DNA of 64,000 nucleotides from the human T2T-CHM13v2.0 reference genome, Homo sapiens. Where the stretch lies: the NCBI RefSeq assembly GCF_009914755.1, contig NC_060928.1, one strand, 5' to 3'. How positions within the stretch are numbered: position 1 is the first letter of the stretch; each line of letters begins with the position of its first letter. Positions 59,342 to 64,000 of the stretch are shown here, in pieces. The notes below the pieces were generated by a model. That model was given only the letters and a program-made list of their open reading frames with translations, had not been told where the DNA came from and searched no databases. The position numbers and the translations under genes are program-made.

Positions 59342-61818
59342 ATTATTTTACAAATTTCTACAATAATCATGTATTGTTTTTACAATAAAAAAATTGACAA
59401 AAAAGGACTCACATGAAAATGAGTTTGAAAAGGAATAAAATATGTTCTCACTCCCATCTTAAATTAAATAATCATTTTTAAAACTTGTGTAGATTCCTGT
59501 GTCACAGAGATACCCAGTTACTTTTGCTGTTAGATCAATACACAATTCTTCAATGATTTGCAGAGAAATATGTTTTCAGTGAATGTTTCCCTGTGAACTC
59601 AAGAGGATTTTCCAGCACTGTTTTCAGAATGAGCTCTAAAGTTGATATTTTAAAACCAAAATTTAAGAATATAAAGTTAACATTTATTACAGCCAAATAG
59701 CAAGTCCTAAGTTTCCTTTTCACAATTAGTAAAAGAACAATATGTTACAATCTTCTTGTACCTGTCTGCAAAATCACTTTGAGAAGGTTTGTTTCTTTCT
59801 ATCTTAAAAGTAAATATGGAATTTGGAAAATATAAATAGAAGAAAAAAATTTTCCTAAGGTTTCATGCCTAAGACAATGACTATCTGTGTTTCTGGTATT
59901 ACTTTCTGTACATTGATTTTATATATACAATTTTATATTTTCTTTTTGCATTTAATACAAGACTTTCATATAAATTTAATAGCTATATAATATATTTCAT
60001 TATATATGGACCATGGTTTAGTTCCTCATTCCTCTGTTTCTGGACATTTATTTTCCAATTTTTGCATCTTTAATTTTTTTGTGAAAAATTGAAGGCTATG
60101 ACAATGACTATAACACTTAAAAACAGAAACAATTCTATATTTGTAACTCTGCCTTCACAAACTGTGAGTGCAACACAGGTGTTGCCTGTTTTAAAAGGTG
60201 TTAAAAATGATTACATCAATAACCAAGGAAGAATAATCCAAAAGCTGCTTTATTTATGAACGAGTTAAGTTCTGAAAGAATGTTCCAAAATTCTTTCTTC
60301 TTATGTTGAAGTCAGTTTATAGGTATTTTATTACATTGAAAGGAGTTAATCCTTCAAACCATTAAAAATTTGCTATATTTGTCTCTTTCTTGGTCATATA
60401 TATCCTACAAAGCATTTTTTTTTTAAACAAACCACTATCATCTCCACTGACAGTTGGCTGGGCCATAACATCCTCCTTCGTTATCTTTGTCAGGATTATA
60501 GAGAGCTGCCAGGGAAGCATGGGTTATGTTCCACGTAACTGCTCTCTTTGATGTTGCTTCGAAGCCAACAGTTCCCAGACCTATGAGCCATGTGCGAATT
60601 GCTAGAAAAGTTTCCACAGACATACTTTCAATCTTTGTTTAAACTTTAAGTTTCCTGACTTGTTATTTTCTATTCCTAGTCTTTGCTTGAATTCTTGAAT
60701 TAATATAACTAACAGCATTCAACAATGATATGTATTCTCTAACCATAATCTGAAGTTCTTCCACTTTTGTCTGTAATGTTTTCTGTTTTTAACTACTGTG
60801 GATGGCATATAAACAGTACTCTTAACCTATTAATAAGTATCTTACTGTACAATGATCTATGTTTCTGAAACACCTAAAAACTATGCAAAACAGCCAATAA
60901 AACACTCTGCCCAAAAGCAGAAGTGGTCCCTCACAATTTCATATGCCACTTTTTAATGGTGAGCAGAGCTGATCTACATTTGCATTGTACTTCTCTTTTG
61001 TATCTATAAAGTGTATATAAGTTTACAAGTTGAAAGTTCCTGAGTAGCGATGCTTCTATAATAGAAAATAATTATGTAGGTATCACTATTTGTACATTTA
61101 CCAGATTCTATTTGTATGAAATAACTGGCTTATGCTGAAATCTTTTTCATTCCAGATCTCTGCTACTAAACCATAAATGTTCTTCCCAATATTAACATCA
61201 ATCTTTGGATTAAGACAAATGATTCCTTTTAAAAGGCCAATGTAATAGAGGAGGTATAACCCATTAATCTATTAGCACCTTTAACTACATCAGCACACAT
61301 TCATAAATCATATTAATGGAAAAAGGTGCCCCACCAGGAGAGGGATTTTAATGTGAAGAGAATGAAGGAAAAATGGAAAGTTATTGAAGATGATAATCCT
61401 GGCTAAGAAGCAAGAGTGTGAACAGTGAGAATTGAGGGGACAGAAGGAAGTCTTTAAAGGCCAGGGGGAAGCAATAAATAAAGAAAGGGATGCTGCCCAG
61501 AGATATGGAAGACATCAATATACAGCCTTCGGCTTTTTACCAGGTTTCTCAAATATAAGAAAATTCTGTAACTCATGTAATGAAGTTTATAAAGCTAGCC
61601 ATATCATTTGTGTCTATCTATATTTCATCTTTTCTCTTCCTGGTAATAATGCTGCTTTCCCAAAGAGTAACAATATAAGTAGGGAGTAGCTTTGTGTTTG
61701 TTTGCTTGCTTTTTAAGTCAATGCTCAAGATATGTTGGTTAAAAGGGGCAAATGTTCACATGGTAAACTAAATTCATTAATATATCATTCAACGGGTCAG
61801 GAGTAGGGTAATTCAGTA

Positions 61819-62654
61819 CCGCAGGTCCTCTAATAGCATCATCATTTTGTTATAAAATTGATGAAAAAAATAATTCCTGGCAGAGGCCACTGTCTGTGTG
61901 GAGTGTGCATGTTCTCCCCAGGACTCTGTGGGTATTCTCTGGATACTCCAGGTTCCTTCTAGCTCCCAAACTAGAGCATGGTAGGTGAATTGGGTGCCTA
62001 CATTGTCCCAGTCTGAGTGTGTGTATATGTGTGTGTGTGTGTATGTGTGCCCTGCATGGAATGACCAAGGCGGGATCCTGCCTTGCCCCTGAGCTGCTGA
62101 GAGAGGCTCCAGCCACCTGCTACCCTGAACTGGAATAAGTGGGTTGGGAAATGAATGAACACAACGTATTGTCAAATAAAAATTTGTAAAGTAGGCGGCG
62201 ATCATACAAATACTCAGCAATAAACATTGCAGTAAGGAAGTAGAAGCACTCAGAGGGCCGGCCGCATTGGTGATTGTTTTTGAACCATGTGGTGGTAGGA
62301 GATGCTCCGGACAATTTTCTCTTTGCAAATAAGTATTGCTTAATTTAACTCTCCACCACTACGGCCTCTGTCACTCACTGATTCACCACAAATTTAGTAA
62401 ATAATTATCTTACTTGCTTTTATTAATCTTTATTTTAAACATGTGTATAGCTCACATTTATTTCAATATTTAATATTAGAAGTGCTTTGTTTCTTACTTA
62501 GAAGTATGGTGATGTTTTTATGACCAGAAATATGCCATAGGAACTTAACTCTTGTTTCTATCAATTAGCCAATGGTAATATTGTTTTCATTATAAATCAT
62601 TTTGCCTAAAGTCACAGTTTTCAATAACTCATCAACCACATTGAGGACTTACTG
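61819..62654 (+). mobile_element. MER6 (Tigger-family) DNA transposon, near full length
   Basis: GCAGGTCCTC.../...GAGGACTTACTG termini, TA/TG flanks, CTGTGTGGAG..TGCA.GTTCTCCCC core. Confidence 0.85.
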
Positions 62655-63818
62655 TGTATAGCATGTTGTAAAATTGATCTGCATAAACTACTAATAAGAA
62701 TATTAACACTTTAATGGGCAGAAGATTAATTCACTTAATTTTCTGAAGTTAAATTTACTTAACCACAACTTTGTTAAATAAGCACACATTTGCTCTGTCA
62801 ATGTTCACCATTGAAAGTCCAGAAACACACATGTAGTCAAAAAAAATCCATGTGTATCAACAGTGCTGCTGTGGTAACAAGAAATAACCACAGGGCATTT
62901 TTGGTAAGATGGAGTAGGAAAGGGCGCATCATAGAGTTCGGTTCTGTGCTGGATGATTTTGCAGGAGATTAAGGAAGTAAGGCTTTGTTCTGGATTGAGT
63001 ACTGTCAGAAGGCATGGGAAGTTCAATAATTAGGTATTTAAAAAATTTTTATTTAAGAGGCATTAGGAAGGATTAGGAGCTCAGGTGTCATCAGTAAAGA
63101 AACAACAGCCACTCATGTTTGCTGGGAGAGGAGGGTATTTGGTTATTTTAGCGATTGTGTTGCATCCCTGTCTCTGTGCTTGCAATTATTGGGCAGTGGT
63201 TTTGTTTTTAAGTTCTACTGTGGTGGTGAAGTGGCCCTGTTTGGCCCTTCTTGGTATTCTGTGAGTATAGTTTTTATTCAGTGGGGAATACTATGGTCTA
63301 GCTGTCAGTTTCAAGAGCTGTTTTATTTTGTTTTTTCTTTCTCAGATCATTTATTTCCACATTCAACAAATATAAGTTTCTGGATGCGTCTGGCATTGTG
63401 TGACATTCAAGAAATAGATTGGAAAACAAGACAGCCAGGTGCAGCTCAACTAGCATAAAATGATCAAGGGTATGACTTTGTACTTCAAGTGCCCAGATTT
63501 AACTCCTGGCTTTATCACTTACTGTCTCCCTGTGTCAGTTATTAAATAATACTAATTTTCAGTTACCCATCTGTAAATGGAAATAATAATAGTACCTCCC
63601 TCAGGAAATTGTTACTGATATTAAATAGGTGTTAATTATAATCATCATCATCACTAGGGAAGACAGCTATTAGATAACAAATCATAAAGCCATTAAATGT
63701 TACGAAAGAGAAACCACAGACTGATATGGTAGTATATATATATATCAGAGGGACCTAAACACCTCTAGAGGAATCAGGGAAATATTCCCCAAAAAGAATG
63801 CTTAAAGCCCTGAGTACA

Positions 63819-64000
63819 GGCCGGGCACGGTGGCTCACACCTGTAATCCCAGCACTTTGGGAAGTAGAGGTGGGTGGATCACGAGATCAGGAGTTCGAGA
63901 CCAGCCTGACCAAAATGGTGAAATCCTATCTTTACCAAAAATATAAAAAAATTAGCTGCGCGTGGTGGTGGGTGCCTGCAATACCAGCTACTTGCGAGGC
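63819..64000 (+). mobile_element. Alu, cut by the window end
   Basis: GGCCGGGCACGGTGGCTCACACCTGTAATCCC... Confidence 0.93.

Overview
Human genomic DNA (Alu/L1/LTR-rich; a human-specific AluYg6-type element argues for human) containing the complete 5-exon epiregulin gene (EREG, + strand). The TATA/Inr promoter is at ~22.76-22.79 kb, the 510-nt CDS (169 aa) is split over 22952-42457, and a ~3.9-kb AU-rich 3'UTR runs to ~46.4 kb. The flanks are mostly transposon-derived and no other gene is supported. The main unexplained structure is a ~450-bp inverted copy of the intron-2/exon-3 acceptor region lying in intron 1 (35636-36202 vs 38225-38679). It is interrupted by a ~120-bp direct copy of a nearby intron-1 segment, brackets the frame-symmetric exon 2, and is complementary to the exon-3 3' splice site. 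Also noted: Phe at codon 141 where I recall Cys in the reference, a four-level nested TE, tandem Alus sharing a triplicated TSD, an LTR12 pointing back at EREG, and an intronic AP-1/TEAD cluster. All alignments and repeat family assignments were made by eye or from memory of consensus sequences; no searches were run.
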